A stretch of DNA of 64,000 nucleotides from Eledone cirrhosa (taxonomy: Eukaryota), in NCBI GenBank assembly GCA_964016885.1, contig OZ024754.1, positions 44,082,001-44,146,000 of the forward strand, written 5' to 3'. Under the pieces are notes generated by a model that ran no database searches, was not told the origin of the DNA, and saw only the letters and a list, made by a program, of their open reading frames with translations. The number at the start of each line of letters is the position of its first letter. Positions within the stretch are counted from its first letter, which is position 1. The position numbers were made by a program, and so were the translations under genes. Shown here piece after piece: positions 14,945 through 28,292 of this stretch.

Positions 14945-15079
14945 CTTAATGAAAATTTGATACCTCGTCCATGCTTATTATTATTGTGTGTGAAAGGCAA
15001 ACAGAAATAACAAAGCAAACAGCACAGTTCAATGAAGAAATATATTATTAGATTTACTCTTGATATAGAAGGAAAAGAG

Positions 15080-15115
15080 TCTTAACGTTTCGGATGCAAG
15101 TCCTTCATCAGAAAA
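15080..15115 (-). ncRNA. Minimal type I hammerhead motif (family A)
   Basis: Minus: tttt-CTGATGA-a-gga(cttgca)tcc-GAAA-cg-TT-aaga. Confidence 0.65.
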
Positions 15116-15171
15116 TAGAATGAGAAATTAAAGAAGTAAGAAGATTGAGGAGGTGGGCGGGGCGTAAACGG

Positions 15172-16012
15172 AATATATATATATATCTTGATATATATAT
15201 ACATTTATATATATATATATATATACATTAATATACACATTAATATATATATATATATATACACATTAATATACACATTAATATATATATATATATATAT
15301 ACACATTAATATACACATTAATATATATATATATATATACATTAATATACATATATACACATTAATATACATATATATATACATTAATATACATATATAC
15401 ACATTAATATACATATATACATGTATATATATACATATATACATGTAAATATATACATTAATATACATACATTAATATACATATATACATGTATATATAT
15501 ACATATATACATGTAAATATATACATTAATATATATACATTAATATACATATATATATATACATTAATATACATATATACATGTATATATATACATATAT
15601 ACATGTAAATATATACATTAATATATATACATTAATATACATATATACATGTATATATATACATATATACATGTAAATATATACATTAATATATATACAT
15701 TAATATACATATATACATGTATATATATACATATATACATGTAAATATATACATTAATATATATACATTAATATACATATATACATGTATATATATACAT
15801 ATATACATGTAAATATATACATTAATATATATACATTAATATACATATATACATGTATATATATACATATATACATGTAAATATATACATTAATATACAT
15901 ATATACACATTAATATACATATATACATGTATATATATACATTAATATACATATATACATATATATATTTATATACATTAATATACATATATATATATAT
16001 ATATATACATAC
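15172..16012. repeat. AT-rich minisatellite (atacattaat/atatacatgt units)
   Basis: Direct reading of the sequence. Confidence 0.9.
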
Positions 16013-16596
16013 AGCAAGTGATAACTAATAGATTTCACTGCATGCGCGTGACAATACCCGCGGCATGAAATATATACACACCTCTGTCAAGTAACATTAT
16101 ATATACACACACTTTCGTGTAGTAATTATATATATACACACATTCGTGTAGTAACATTATATATATATATATATATATACACACTTTCGTGACATAAACA
16201 TATATACTCACATCTCCGTCAAGTAAAATTACATAGATATAAACACACCTTCGTAAATTATATATACACACCTTCGTGAAGTAATATTATATATATACAC
16301 ACATCTCCGTGAAGTAACATATATATATATATATATATCAATGTGAAGTAAAATATATATATATACACACCTTCGTGAAGTAATTATATATAATATATAT
16401 ATACACACCTTCGTGAAGTAAAATTTATATATATATACACACCTTCTTGAAGTAAATTATATCTATACACCAATGTGAAGTAAATTATATATACACACAC
16501 CTTTGTGAGGTAAATTATATATACACACCTTTGTGAGGTAAATTATATATACACACACCATTGTGGAGTAAATTATATATATATACACACACACAA

Positions 16597-16630
<34 letters not shown>

Positions 16631-16757
16631 CTTTGTCAAATATATTATATATATACAACAATGTGAAGTAAATTACATATATATATATATACACATCATT
16701 GTGAAGTATATTATATAATTATATATATATATATACGCACATCAATGTGAAGTATAT

Positions 16758-16810
<53 letters not shown>

Positions 16811-16941
16811 ATATATATATATATATACGCACATCAATGTGCGTTAGAAAGTGTTTAGCAAAAGAGAAGACTGTGCCAAGATCATGAACGAATATGTCAA
16901 TAATGTGGAATAGAAAGTAAATATGGAATGGTGATTCTTAC

Positions 16942-17061
16942 CCTGAATTCCTGTTCAAATCCTGTCATTGATGTCACATCATCTTTAATTTCCAAATCAT
17001 TGACATGCTGCAGAAATTTCAACAAATTTTCCTCTAAATTCGTCGCTGACATTTGCGACAT
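16942..17061 (-). CDS. PTPN12: First coding exon of a PEST-family non-receptor tyrosine phosphatase (PTPN12/18/22-like); no further exons found in the window
   Basis: aaaATG start, 120 bp encoding MSQMSATNLEENLLKFLQHVNDLEIKDDVTSMTGFEQEFR, then a phase-0 donor AGG|gtaaga. It resembles PTPN12 exon 1 (EILRKFIQRV..NFARDFM|) and PTPN22 exon 1 (EILQKFL..EFANEFL|), including intron position. Absent from the ORF track. Confidence 0.65.
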
Positions 17062-17657
17062 TTTTTTTCCAGTTTCTTGTCGTTGCTGTCAATGTCTGTG
17101 TGTGAGAGTGTGTATATGTGTATATGTGTGTGTGTGTGTGTGATTGTCTTTTAAAGTGTATCTATGTAGGTGAATGTACGTGTCTTTTAAATTGTGTGTG
17201 TGTGCGCGTGCGTTTGGACTCTGATCGTGGTGCTTGTGTGTGTCTTTTAATAAATGCGTGTATGTGTGTCTTTTAAAGTGTCTGCATGCGTTTGTTTGTA
17301 CTATGATCGCGGTATGGTGTGTATGTGTTACTTTGGCAGTGGTGTGTATGTATACTATGATCGTGTTAGTGGTGTGTATGTATACTATGATCGTGTTAGT
17401 GGTGTGTATGTATACTATGGTCGTGGTAGTGGTGTGTTGTAGTGTAAATGTGAGTATGTTATGGTGGTGTTAAATGTATGCAAGTACGTGTGTGTTTATG
17501 TTGGAGGCACTGTGCTAGTGAAATCGTGTGTGTGTGTGTGTACGTGTGTTGGGGGTGTTTGGGAAAGCGTGTGTGATGGTGTGAAAGACGACGCAGTCCT
17601 TTCTTACACTGACCACCCCTCCTCTTGTCTTCCTACTCGACTGACTGACTATATATA

Positions 17658-17692
<35 letters not shown>

Positions 17693-17716
17693 TAAAAATT
17701 ATATTTATGTAGCTAA

Positions 17717-17781
<65 letters not shown>

Positions 17782-18112
17782 AAGGGTGTTTCTTTGTTTC
17801 AGTAAAATATTATTAGTAGTACTACTACTATTGTTAGTAGTAATAGTAGTTAGTATAATAATTGTTGATTAACTGGTGACAGGTAGAATGGGAAAATATA
17901 TTAGAAACAAGTTATTGTATTGTGGTTAGTTAGTAAAATTGTTCATATTTTTCTTGGATAGCGATGTTAACTTCCTTTACCGGTATAGAATATTTTCCTG
18001 GTTGTGTATATATGTGTATATATATTCAATATATTAGTCTCAGAATAGGTATATATACACACCAGACGATTGTGTATATAATAAGCTATCGTATTGTATG
18101 TATTCAACACAG

Positions 18113-18155
<43 letters not shown>

Positions 18156-18666
18156 TTAGGGGTTATCCATTCGTCATCGAAACTAAGAGCTCAGTCATCG
18201 GGCACTAACTCTTTACAATATATATATTATATATGTATGTATATATGTGTATATATATATATATATATATGTGTGTGTATGTATGTATATGATAGATTTA
18301 CACGGACATTTATAAATATATAAAGATAGATAGGAAGTGGTTAAAGTGGTTTCCTGATAATTGACGACACAGCTGTTGGTTACAGCAAACAGTGGCGTGT
18401 TGTGCTGGTGGTGCCTTCTTGTGATGTGGTGGCAATCATTCTTGTGGATATAGTACAGTCGGTGAATGACTCTACTAGTACCGACTGTACACTGTTTACT
18501 ACTAATGCTGCTGCTGCTGCTGCTACTACTACTATGACGACTGCTGCTGCTATACGTAATGCATCTGCTGCTGTTTTTGATGCAGTAACCTGCATGTGCA
18601 TGCGTGACTGAGAGAGAGAGAGAGATAGATAGAGAGAGAGATGGGTGCAGATATATAGAGAGTGCT

Positions 18667-18724
<58 letters not shown>

Positions 18725-18792
18725 CATAGTAATGGCTTCTACAGGACTATAACTGTTTCATTTGGGACAAATCATCATTTATACTCATTTAT

Positions 18793-18937
18793 TCTCTGCT
18801 ATGTATTGAGTACCTTACTTACTGTGGTTACCCCCGATTGAACCCGGGATAAACTTATATATATATATATAAGGTAAGTTATTCCGGGTTGAATCGGAGG
18901 TAACCACAGTAAGTAAGGTACTCAATATATAGCAGAG
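18793..18937. repeat. Inverted repeat around a (TA)n spacer (tails of the family C element)
   Basis: ctctgctatgtattgagtaccttacttactgtggttacc... pairs with ...ggtaaccacagtaagtaaggtactcaatatatagcagag. Confidence 0.85.
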
Positions 18938-18960
18938 TATAAAAGTTTTAATATAGATGA

Positions 18961-19049
18961 GATTCTACAGGACTAGAACTGTTTCATTCTTTAGAAATCA
19001 TCAGGAATTCCTGATGATTTCTAAAGAATGAAACAGTTCTAGTCCTGTA
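18961..19049. ncRNA. 84-bp perfect palindrome (18966-19049) with a hammerhead motif on each strand (family C)
   Basis: Centre gaattc at 19005-19010. Minus strand: attc-CTGATGA-tttctaaagaat-GAAA-cag-ttctagtc-ctg-TA-gaat. Confidence 0.65.
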
Positions 19050-19454
19050 TTATCAAGTGCTAATTGCTAAGGAAGTAAGTAACATTTTGAACCATATTAC
19101 AAATATAGTCCAATGCAAAAACTAGAGCTAAAACAGAGGTGGTGATATAGAGCAGGAATTATATCACCACCTCTGTTTTAGCTCTAGTTTTTGCATTGGA
19201 CTATATTTGTAATATGGTTCAAAATGTTACTTACTTCCTTAGCAATTAGCACTTGATAATTTTTTACTTGATGATTTTTACCCGATTATTTTCCTATGAT
19301 TTAATCTATGTACACTCCATATTCTTCTGAGTTTTCGGCTTGTATTGGCTGATAGTGCTTCCTATAGCTTTAATTGCTCTGATGAGTCCTTAATAGGACG
19401 AAACATTGTTGGCTAATAAAGACTTTTGATGTATTGAAGGCTTCTTTGATTTAT

Positions 19455-19460
<6 letters not shown>
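19049..19460 (+). mobile_element. Penelope-like 3' terminal fragment with an inverted 5' duplication and a hammerhead (family D)
   Basis: Perfect 101-bp arms 19049-19149 and 19160-19260. CTGATGA-gtcct-taat-aggac-GAAA at 19379-19403, AATAAA at 19415, T-rich tail ending in (TA)n. Confidence 0.6.
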
Positions 19461-19506
<46 letters not shown>

Positions 19507-19535
19507 TATTGGCTTCTTGCTACAATACTTTCTAT

Positions 19536-19845
19536 ACCTTTCATTTATATTTATATATATATATATATAATATTAATTCAAAATATTAACAAAATAGATA
19601 TTCTTGTGATCAATTATGTTTTATTATACATATTTCAGAGGTACTGAGTTAAGTTCAACAGTACGTCCTCATCAGATAAAATAAAATGATACATTTTATC
19701 TGATGATATATTTTATCTGATGAGGACGTACTGTTGAACTTAACTCAGTACCTCTGAAATATGTATAATAAAATATAATTGATCACAAGAATATCTATTT
19801 TGTTAATATTTTGAATTAATAGTATATATATATAAATGAAAGGTT
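19536..19845. mobile_element. Fold-back element with divergent hammerheads on both strands (family B)
   Basis: Plus motif 19709-19775: tattttat-CTGATGA..GAAA-tatgta-TA-ataaaata (8-bp stem I). Mirror copy at about 19617-19683. Confidence 0.7.
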
Positions 19846-20919
19846 AAGGGTACACGTGTTTGTGGAATGCTCAGCCACTTGCACGTATATATAAAGAGAG
19901 AGAGAGAAGATCATACAACAAGAAAAGGAAGCAAACAAGAACACGGACAAATGATAAATTTGCCGAAAGAGAGTTAAATAAAGGTTAGAGTTGAGAAAAT
20001 ATAGTTTGATCAATAGTTAAACTACAGTAGATCGCCTCGACTTGGGTATATCGTCTGCCCACACACCTTACTTTGATTTTCCTTCTTTTTCTTTTTAATA
20101 TTGCAACCAATATATAATTTAATTTAAATTTGTTAAATAAATACTCTTAAAATATTAATTTAAAAAAAACTGAGCGGGGATTTAATCGTATATTAAAGTG
20201 ATCGATAGACAACGAAGGGTATATGGAGGGGTGTGATAGGAAGAGGGAGAGAACTAGAGGATGAAAGAGAGGAGAAAATTTGGGAGTTACAGAAAAGTTT
20301 TTGTTGTTGCTTTTATTGCTTCCGAAATGTCAATACTCACACCCTTCTATCTCTCTCTCTCCTCTCTTCTTTATCTAAGTTTACATCTCACAACATCGCA
20401 TCCTTCCTTCCTCTAATATATGACATCTTCATCTATCTGTTTACATAATCCTACTATAATTTCATACCACCAGTAACCCTTTAATTCAAACCTTTCTTCC
20501 TCTAAACCTGTCTAATTATATACCTCACACTTCCTTCCTTCCTGTTTGTCCCTTCCTATCCTCTTTCTTTCTCTCTCCCTCCCTGTCTCTCTATCTATCT
20601 ATCTCTACCCCCCCCCTCTCTCTCTATGTATCTATCTCTCTCTCTCTCTCTCTCTCTCATATTACATGTGTTTCGGGTATCTAAGTTGCTAAGCAATCTC
20701 TATGAGTCTTCTAACGTATCTATGGAGAGGTAAATGTTCTTTAAGCTAATAATTATAACATCCAGCTTATTTTAATCAACCAATTTCAACAGGATTGTGT
20801 AATGTTTGCAATAATAACATGTAAAAAAATAAGGCAAAAAGAAAAAGAAAAATATAATTATATAGCGAAAGTTAAAGGGAAAGGGTGGGGGTTGCTACAG
20901 CCCTGCCTTATTGTACTCT

Positions 20920-21948
20920 ATATCTCAGCCGTACTCTATAGAGTATATATCAGCTGTACTCTATAGAGTATATCTCAGCTGTACTCTATAGTGTATATAT
21001 CAGCTATACTCTATATATAGTATATATCAGCTGTACTCTATATATACTATATATCGGCTGTACTCTATAGAGTACACATCAGCTGTACTCTCTATATAGT
21101 ATATATCAGCTGTACTCTATATATAGTACATATCAGCTATACTCTATATATAGTATGTCAGCTGTACTCTATATAGTGTATATATCAGCTGTACTCTATA
21201 TATAGTATATATAAGCTGTACTCTATATAGTATATATCAGCTGTACTCTTTATATAGTATATATCAGATGTACTCTATAGTGTATATATCAGCTGTACTC
21301 TATATATAGTATATATCAGATGTACTCTATAGAGTATATATAAGCTGTACTCTATATAGTATATATCAGCTGTACTCTATATATAGTATATATCAGCTGT
21401 ACTCTATATAGTGTATATATCATCTATACTCTATATCAGCTGTACTCTATATAGTGTATATATCAGCTGTACTCTATATATAGTATATATAAGCTGTACT
21501 CTATATAGTATATATCAGATGTACTCTATATATAGTATATATCAGATGTGCTCTATAGAGTATATATCAGCTGTACTCTATATATAGTATATATCAGATG
21601 TACTCTATAGAGTATATATAAGCTGTACTCTATATAGTATATATCAGCTGTACTCTATATAGTGTATATATCATCTGTACTCTATATATAGTATATATCA
21701 GCTGTACTCTATATAGTGTATATATCAGCTGTACTCTCTATAGTGTATATATCAGCTGTACTCTATATAGTATATATCAGCTGTACTCTATATAGTGTAT
21801 ATATCATCTGTACTCTATATAGTATATATCAGTTGTACTCTATATAGTGTATATATCATCTGTACTCTATATAGTATATATCAGCTGTACTCTATATAGT
21901 ATATATCAGCTGTACTCTATATATAGTATATATCAGCTGTACTCTATA
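20920..21948. repeat. About 25-27-bp minisatellite (atatcagctgtactctatatagt)
   Basis: About 40 degenerate copies. Confidence 0.95.
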
Positions 21949-22318
21949 TTGTAAATAAACATACCATATATTGCCAGATATACAAATTCACATATATATA
22001 TATATATATATATAAATCAGGGTGAATTCAGTTTGAAACTGGTTAGACCATTACTCAACAGAGTACTCAATACTTGGGGCAGTAGAGTAAGGTTATATTA
22101 TAAAGAGTCAGGACCTGCTGTTGAAATGGCAAGAGCTCAGCTGTCGGGTCCCGATTATGTATATATATGCATATCTATATATACATACAGATATGTATAT
22201 ATATACACATAATCGGTATATACATATAGATATGTATATGTATACACATATATATGCATATATATATATATATAGATATGCATATATACACATATAGATA
22301 TGCATATATATGTGTGTG

Positions 22319-22395
<77 letters not shown>

Positions 22396-22396
<1 letters not shown>

Positions 22397-22778
22397 CGAT
22401 ATTAAATAAATGGAAACTATATTTATAAAACCATATTTATTTCAGGGATACCAAATTAAAATATGGTATGCCTTCATCAGACGAAATACAATATATAAAC
22501 AGTTTTATAAATAATTTTGACGTACCCTATTAGATGCAACCATTATTTTTGGAAGCTGTCTGGATAGAAAAAACTGTTTATATATTGTATTTCGTCTGAT
22601 GAAGGCATACCATATTTTAATTTGGTATCCCTGAAATATGTATAATGAAATAAATATGGTTTTATAAATAGTTTCCATTTATTTAATATCGTATATCTAC
22701 TCCAAAAACTTGTCGAGTGCTTTATATCAGTTATAAAATATTTACTTGTTGTATCCCAACAATTTTAAATTGAACTTT

Positions 22779-22782
<4 letters not shown>
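22396..22782. mobile_element. Fold-back hammerhead element (family B) between (TA)n tracts
   Basis: Plus motif 22588-22652: tatttcgt-CTGATGA-agg..cct-GAAA-tatgta-TA-atgaaata. The inverted arm at 22396-22506 lacks the cleavage-site segment. Confidence 0.7.
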
Positions 22783-22829
<47 letters not shown>

Positions 22830-22830
<1 letters not shown>

Positions 22831-23157
22831 CATAATATAAGATCAAAAGATGGTTAAAGGAGTTCCATATATTTTATTATGCGCATTTCAATATGTTGAT
22901 ATGTTGATTTAAAACTGCACTATCCACAAGTGTTTTTTAGCCTTCATATCATGTTCTCCTGTTTTATCTGATGAAAACACAAATATTATTGCATGATGAT
23001 GTTTGTTTTTGAAATGCGCATAATAAAATATATGGAACTCCTTTAACCATCTTTTGATCTTATATTATGCATACTTCAGTCCCACAAACTGTAGAGTGCT
23101 TCTTATCCGATATCTGCATTGCTTTATTGTACTACAATAAAACTCACCTCCTACATT

Positions 23158-23165
<8 letters not shown>
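22830..23165 (+). mobile_element. Hammerhead element (family B') with a partial inverted arm
   Basis: 22962-23030: ttttat-CTGATGA-aaacacaaat..gtttgttttt-GAAA-tgcgca-TA-ataaaa. Inverted partial arm at 22831-22891; decayed relative at 14460-14580. Confidence 0.65.
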
Positions 23166-23227
<62 letters not shown>

Positions 23228-24039
23228 GTGTGTTTCCAGATTTCAATTTCTTCTCTTCTCTTTCCTTCTCACCAAACTAGGAAATATATTTCAAGGACAG
23301 ATGGAAATGATATCCAGCTTCAGGAAACCTTTGTAGATTAAGTTTAGATTTGAAAGTATACATGACATAATGTGTTCTAAATAACATATTGTAGTTTGGC
23401 TGGTTGTAGTAGTGGTGGTGGTGGAGGTGGTATTGTGGTGGTGGTGGAGGTTGTTGTAGTGGTGGTTAGTGTGGTGGTGGAGGTTAATGTTGTAGTTGTT
23501 GTTGGTGGTGGAGGTTAGTGTTGTAGTGTTGTTGGTGGTGGTGGTGTTAGTGTTTGTTGTAATGGTGGTGGTGGTGGTGGTCATGTAAGTGTCACGACAA
23601 AAAGCACCCAGCTCACACTGTAAAGTGGTTGGCATTAGGAAGGGCATCCAGCTGTAGAATCCAAGCCAAAATCAACCCTGCGTGAGGGAAACACTGTCCT
23701 CTGACCAGATGTCTCATAAAGGGACAACCCGTACTACCCATGCTAGCGTGGAATATGGACATTAAATGATGATGATGACAAGCCATGCTACTAATTTGAC
23801 TCTAGCAACTAATCACCTACTTAACAAAGAACTTCTCTTACCATAGACAGGTATACATTGTTCTATTGTGAGTTGGAAAGGATTAATCTGTTTCTGGAGA
23901 GATTCTAGAAACTATTTGTTTTCTTTTGTTTACTTTCTTTCTCTCTTTTATTATTATTTCTTCTTTAAAGTTTACTTTTAGCATTCCACTTCATTTCATC
24001 CATTCTCTTAGTTAAGTCAATATACTTGCTGTAGTTTAG

Positions 24040-24405
24040 TGAATCACTGAAGCCTGTTGTACAACATAAAGTCAGCTGACTTTAACCAGCTCTACTGACA
24101 TAGTATCACCAAAACCTGTCAAGCACGAAGTCAGTTGGCTTTGATTCAAACCTGCTGAGACAATATCACCAAAGCTTGTTGTACAACACAAAGTCAGCTG
24201 ACATAGTATCACCAGTTGACTTTGGCCCAGCTCTTCTGAGTTGGTATCACCAAAGCCTGTTGTAGAGCATGAAGTCAGCTGACTTTGATCCAGCTCTGCT
24301 GAGTCAGTGTCAAAGTCTGTTGTAGAGTACAAAGTCAGCTGACTTTGATCCAGCTCAGCTGACTCAGTATCACCAAAGCCTGTTGTAGAACACAAAGTCA
24401 GCTGA
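24040..24405 (-). repeat. Diverged about 63-bp tandem repeat, about 6 copies, open on - as a 21-aa repeat
   Basis: SQLTxCSTTGFGDTxSAELDQ repeats; most units contain the palindrome agtcagctgact. Confidence 0.75.
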
Positions 24406-24779
24406 GAAAAAGAGTCAATAAAAACGACCATAACAGATTTTCTTCTTGCATATGAGTAGGTCTCAGGTCGGTGTTGTTTGGTTGATCAAGATCATAGATC
24501 AATGATCTGTTTCCAGAGCCCACTGTGAGTGGATCACTTCGACAAACTTAGGCCCCCAGCATAACAGATGATATTTAGTTAGAATCACACCACATTACAT
24601 TTAGAGTTTGTTGTTGTTGTTTGAAAACCACAAAGGGTTTTGTTGTAAACACATCTGTCAAAACAAATAGAGAAATATAACCAAGTATGATTAATGTAAA
24701 AACAATCTCTCAGTAGTAGTAGTAATAGTTGTTGTTGTTGTTATTGTTGGACGATGTGTTTAGAATGTCTAAAGAAAGA

Positions 24780-24824
<45 letters not shown>

Positions 24825-24941
24825 CACACACATACATATACATATATGTATATATGTAAAGTAATAACAACATTACAAAACAAATGGCATAGTACATGGA
24901 AGAAATATATTAGTTTAACGCTTGAAATGGCAGGAAGAGAG

Positions 24942-24977
24942 TCTTAACGTTTCGGACACTAGTCCTCCATCAGAAGA
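24942..24977 (-). ncRNA. Minimal hammerhead motif (family A, CTGATGG variant)
   Basis: Minus: tctt-CTGATGG-a-ggac-tagt-gtcc-GAAA-cg-TT-aaga. Confidence 0.55.
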
Positions 24978-25859
24978 TAAAGTTAGAAATAAAAGATAAA
25001 TAGAAAGATAAAGAATGATGAGAGGAAGGAATGGGAAAATGAGAAAAAACACACATGCATATTGAGTCGGCCATTTTGGAGATATATATGTATATATAGG
25101 AATTCATACATGAATATTATATATCATCTATAAACTAAACTTTCTGCTGCGAATGCATTTCCTCTTATGTAAATAGATATCCACATATTTTCAATGTAAC
25201 AAGACGCCCGTTATTTTTATTCTGCACTCAGCATAACTTTACTGATGTTAAACTAACGAGGCTGTAGATGTTTACTAGACCTGCTAGAAATAGCAAACAA
25301 ATCCTAATGTCTTTAAAATGGAAGGACATAAAAAAAACCTCCCACTTGCTCCAAGTAGTGTATAAATGCCCTCTTTAGGCCCCAAGGGAAGCTGGGCACG
25401 CCCCATGCAGAAGTGCAATGTTTGTAGCCAAGTCCCAACTCTTATCTTAAAATGAAATGTCCCAATAATCATTGGGGAATGTAAGAAATATTTTAACAAT
25501 ATCCCAGGGGAATCATCTCTTCAGGAAATACAAAAACTAATAATGTCTGACACTGCACACATGTTACGAAGAACTCTCAATCATCATCATCATTAACACC
25601 GTTTTATGTCTATTTTTCCACACTAGCATGGGTTAGACTCAATCTAAATATGAATTACAGAGAATTTGTAAATTAAAAGTTGGCCAGCTCCACTTAATTT
25701 AAATTAAACTTTATATACTTTGACACTTCTTATATATTTAAATTTCTCTCACAACCCACCCATCATCAATAAGACAGCTTATAATATAACTCGACTGGTG
25801 TGCGTTTTTATTGGCAGCATAACCCTCCCAAAGTATTTTCTTCTTCTTCTTCTACCCCT

Positions 25860-26077
25860 GGGTTTCCTGCCAGTTGTTTTTTTTTGCCTCATAAAATCTG
25901 TCCAGTGATTCTTTCCTGAGACATTCTAACCACATGTCCATAGTATCGGAGCTGTGATCTCTCAATTTGGAGAAGTAGCAGCTCTACATGGAGCAACTCT
26001 CTGATCTCTAAGCCATGTACTTTATCAAGGAACTTAAAACCCAAAACTCTTTGGAGGAACCATCGCAGGAACCTCAA
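25860..26077 (-). mobile_element. RTE-type LINE 3' fragment (RT C-terminus)
   Basis: FLQRVLGFKFLDKV..EIRE..IERSQLRYYGHVVRMSQERI motif. Confidence 0.75.
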
Positions 26078-26309
26078 AGTACAATCATATATATTTCAAT
26101 ACAACGATTACACATTAAGAATAAGAATATAAAAAAAAGAATTCTTCAATATTTCATTTAGTGATATAATTAGCGGCTTTCTTAGCTTCTCCCTTTCTGT
26201 CTAAGACTTGTCAGACTAATTCTATCTTCCGTTCTATGCCTTATCTAAAGCCATAAAACATTTCATCAATTTTCTCACACTTCTTTTTCTCCAAGTTGCT
26301 AACTTGTGA

Positions 26310-26463
26310 AGCTGCACGGCCTAGTGGTAAGGGTGTTGGACTTACGATTATAATGTAGTGGGTTTGATTCCTGGAATGGGTTGTGTTCTGTTCTTGAGCA
26401 AAACATTTCATTTCACGATGCTCCAGTATACTCAGTTGAAAATGAGTACCAGTAATAGCTGGG
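26310..26463 (+). mobile_element. tRNA-derived SINE 5' part (second family)
   Basis: A-box-like ggcctagtggt, B-box-like gtttgattcc, then cttgagcaaaacatttcatttcac..gctccagt. Minus copies at about 35420-35580 and 36400-36495. Confidence 0.65.
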
Positions 26464-26894
26464 GTGGTGGTCTTAATGGTAATGGCAGTGGTGGTGATGG
26501 TAGTGCTGGTGGTGGTCTTAATGGTAATGGCAGTGGTGGTGATGGTAGTGGTGGTGTTGTTGGTGGTGGTGGTGTTGATGGTGGTGGTGGTGTTGATGGT
26601 GGTGGTGGTGTTGATGGTAGTGGTGGTGTTGATGGTAATGGCAGTGGTGGTGATGGTAGTGGTGGTGGTGGTCTTAATGGTAATGGCAGTGGTGGTGATG
26701 GTAGTGCTGGTGTTGTTGTTGGTGGTGGTGTTGATGGTGGTGGTGGTGTTGATGGTAATGGCAGTGGTGGTGATGGTAGTGGTGGTGGTTATGATGATGA
26801 TGATAATGGTGATGTTATTGATAATTATGAGGATGATGAGTAGGTGGAGGTGGTGGAGGAGGATAAAGAGGTGGAAGGAGGAAGATGTAAGTTG

Positions 26895-27087
26895 ATGTTT
26901 GTTTCTACTTTAGGCACAAGGCCAGCAATTACCCAGTACATTACTGGTACTTTATTTTATCGACCCCGTAAGGATGAAAGGCAAAGTCAACCTCGGCGGG
27001 ATTCGGACTCAGATCGTAAAGGGGCGCAACTCTATGCTGGAAAGCATGGCGTCCGACCCTCTACCGATACTGCCAATCCACCGCCCT
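26895..27087 (-). mobile_element. Nin/Deu-core tRNA SINE
   Basis: Full-length match to the other copies. Confidence 0.75.
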
Positions 27088-28292
27088 CGATGTTGATATT
27101 GATGACACCTGTACTAATTAAGTGAAGACTACAGAAGTAGCGGTGGAGGTGGAGAACAGATAAAGATGGTGTTGATGATGATGATGGTGGTGTTGATAGT
27201 GATGATGGTAGTGGTAGTGGTGATGATGGTGGTGGTGGTGATGGTGTTGATGATGATGGTGGTGTTGATAGTGATGATGGTAGTGGTGGTGGTGATGGTG
27301 TTGATGATGATGATGATGGTGTTGATGGTGGTGGTGATGATGGTGGTGGTGGTGTTGATGATGGTGGTGGTGATGATGATGGTGATGATGGTGTTGATGA
27401 TGACGATGATGATGGTGGTGGTGTTGATAGTGATGATGGTGGTGGTGGTGGTGTTGATGGTGGTGGTGGTGGTGTTGATGTTGATGATGATGGTGGTGAT
27501 GATGGTGGTGTTGATGTTGATGATGGTGGTGATGGTGATAATGATAGTGGTGGTAGTGATGATGATGATAAATAAATACACATTAAATTTTATTTATCAA
27601 TTAATGCCATCAACACCACCACCACCACCGTGTGTGTATATATATATATATAAATAGGTGTGAGTGTGTGTTTATCCACGTGTACATACACGTGTGTGTT
27701 ACTGCGTGCTTATTTCCCCTATTCTTAAAATTTTATTTTAAGAATGTTTTTTTACGCTTATCTTTAAGTGGACGCAGACTTATTTGAGTTATCTCCCTTA
27801 GTTCTATTATTAAAAGCAATATTGATATCGAACTGGCGAGGTAGTCACGTATTTTGATGTAATCACAATATTTAAGACAATTTTATTAAAAATAATATCG
27901 ATAGTTTGTTAATGTGATAATTGTTTCTACTTTAGGCACAAGGCCAGCACATACCCCAGTACATGACTGGTACTAATAACAACAATGATAATATTTCGTA
28001 TTTTAAGTATTTTCTTCTTCGTTAGTCAAGAACTAAAGAAATCCACAGCCAAGTTGAACAGCCAGTGTCATTGATGTTGCTGTTGTAGTAGTAGTTGTTG
28101 TAGTAGTGGTAGTTGTAGCAGTAGTAGTAGTAGTAGTTGCAGTAGTATTAGTAGTAGTTGTAGCAGTAATAGTAGTTGTAGCAGTGGTAGTAGTAGTAGT
28201 AGTAGTTGTGGTGGTAGTAGTAGTAGCAGTAGTAGTGGTAGTTGTCGCAGCCCAACAAACTGAAGACCGGAGTCTATTGAAGTATCGGCCGC

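Noticed and set aside
26358-26895. Gly-rich ORF
   Set aside because: A SINE head fused to GGT/GAT low-complexity sequence.
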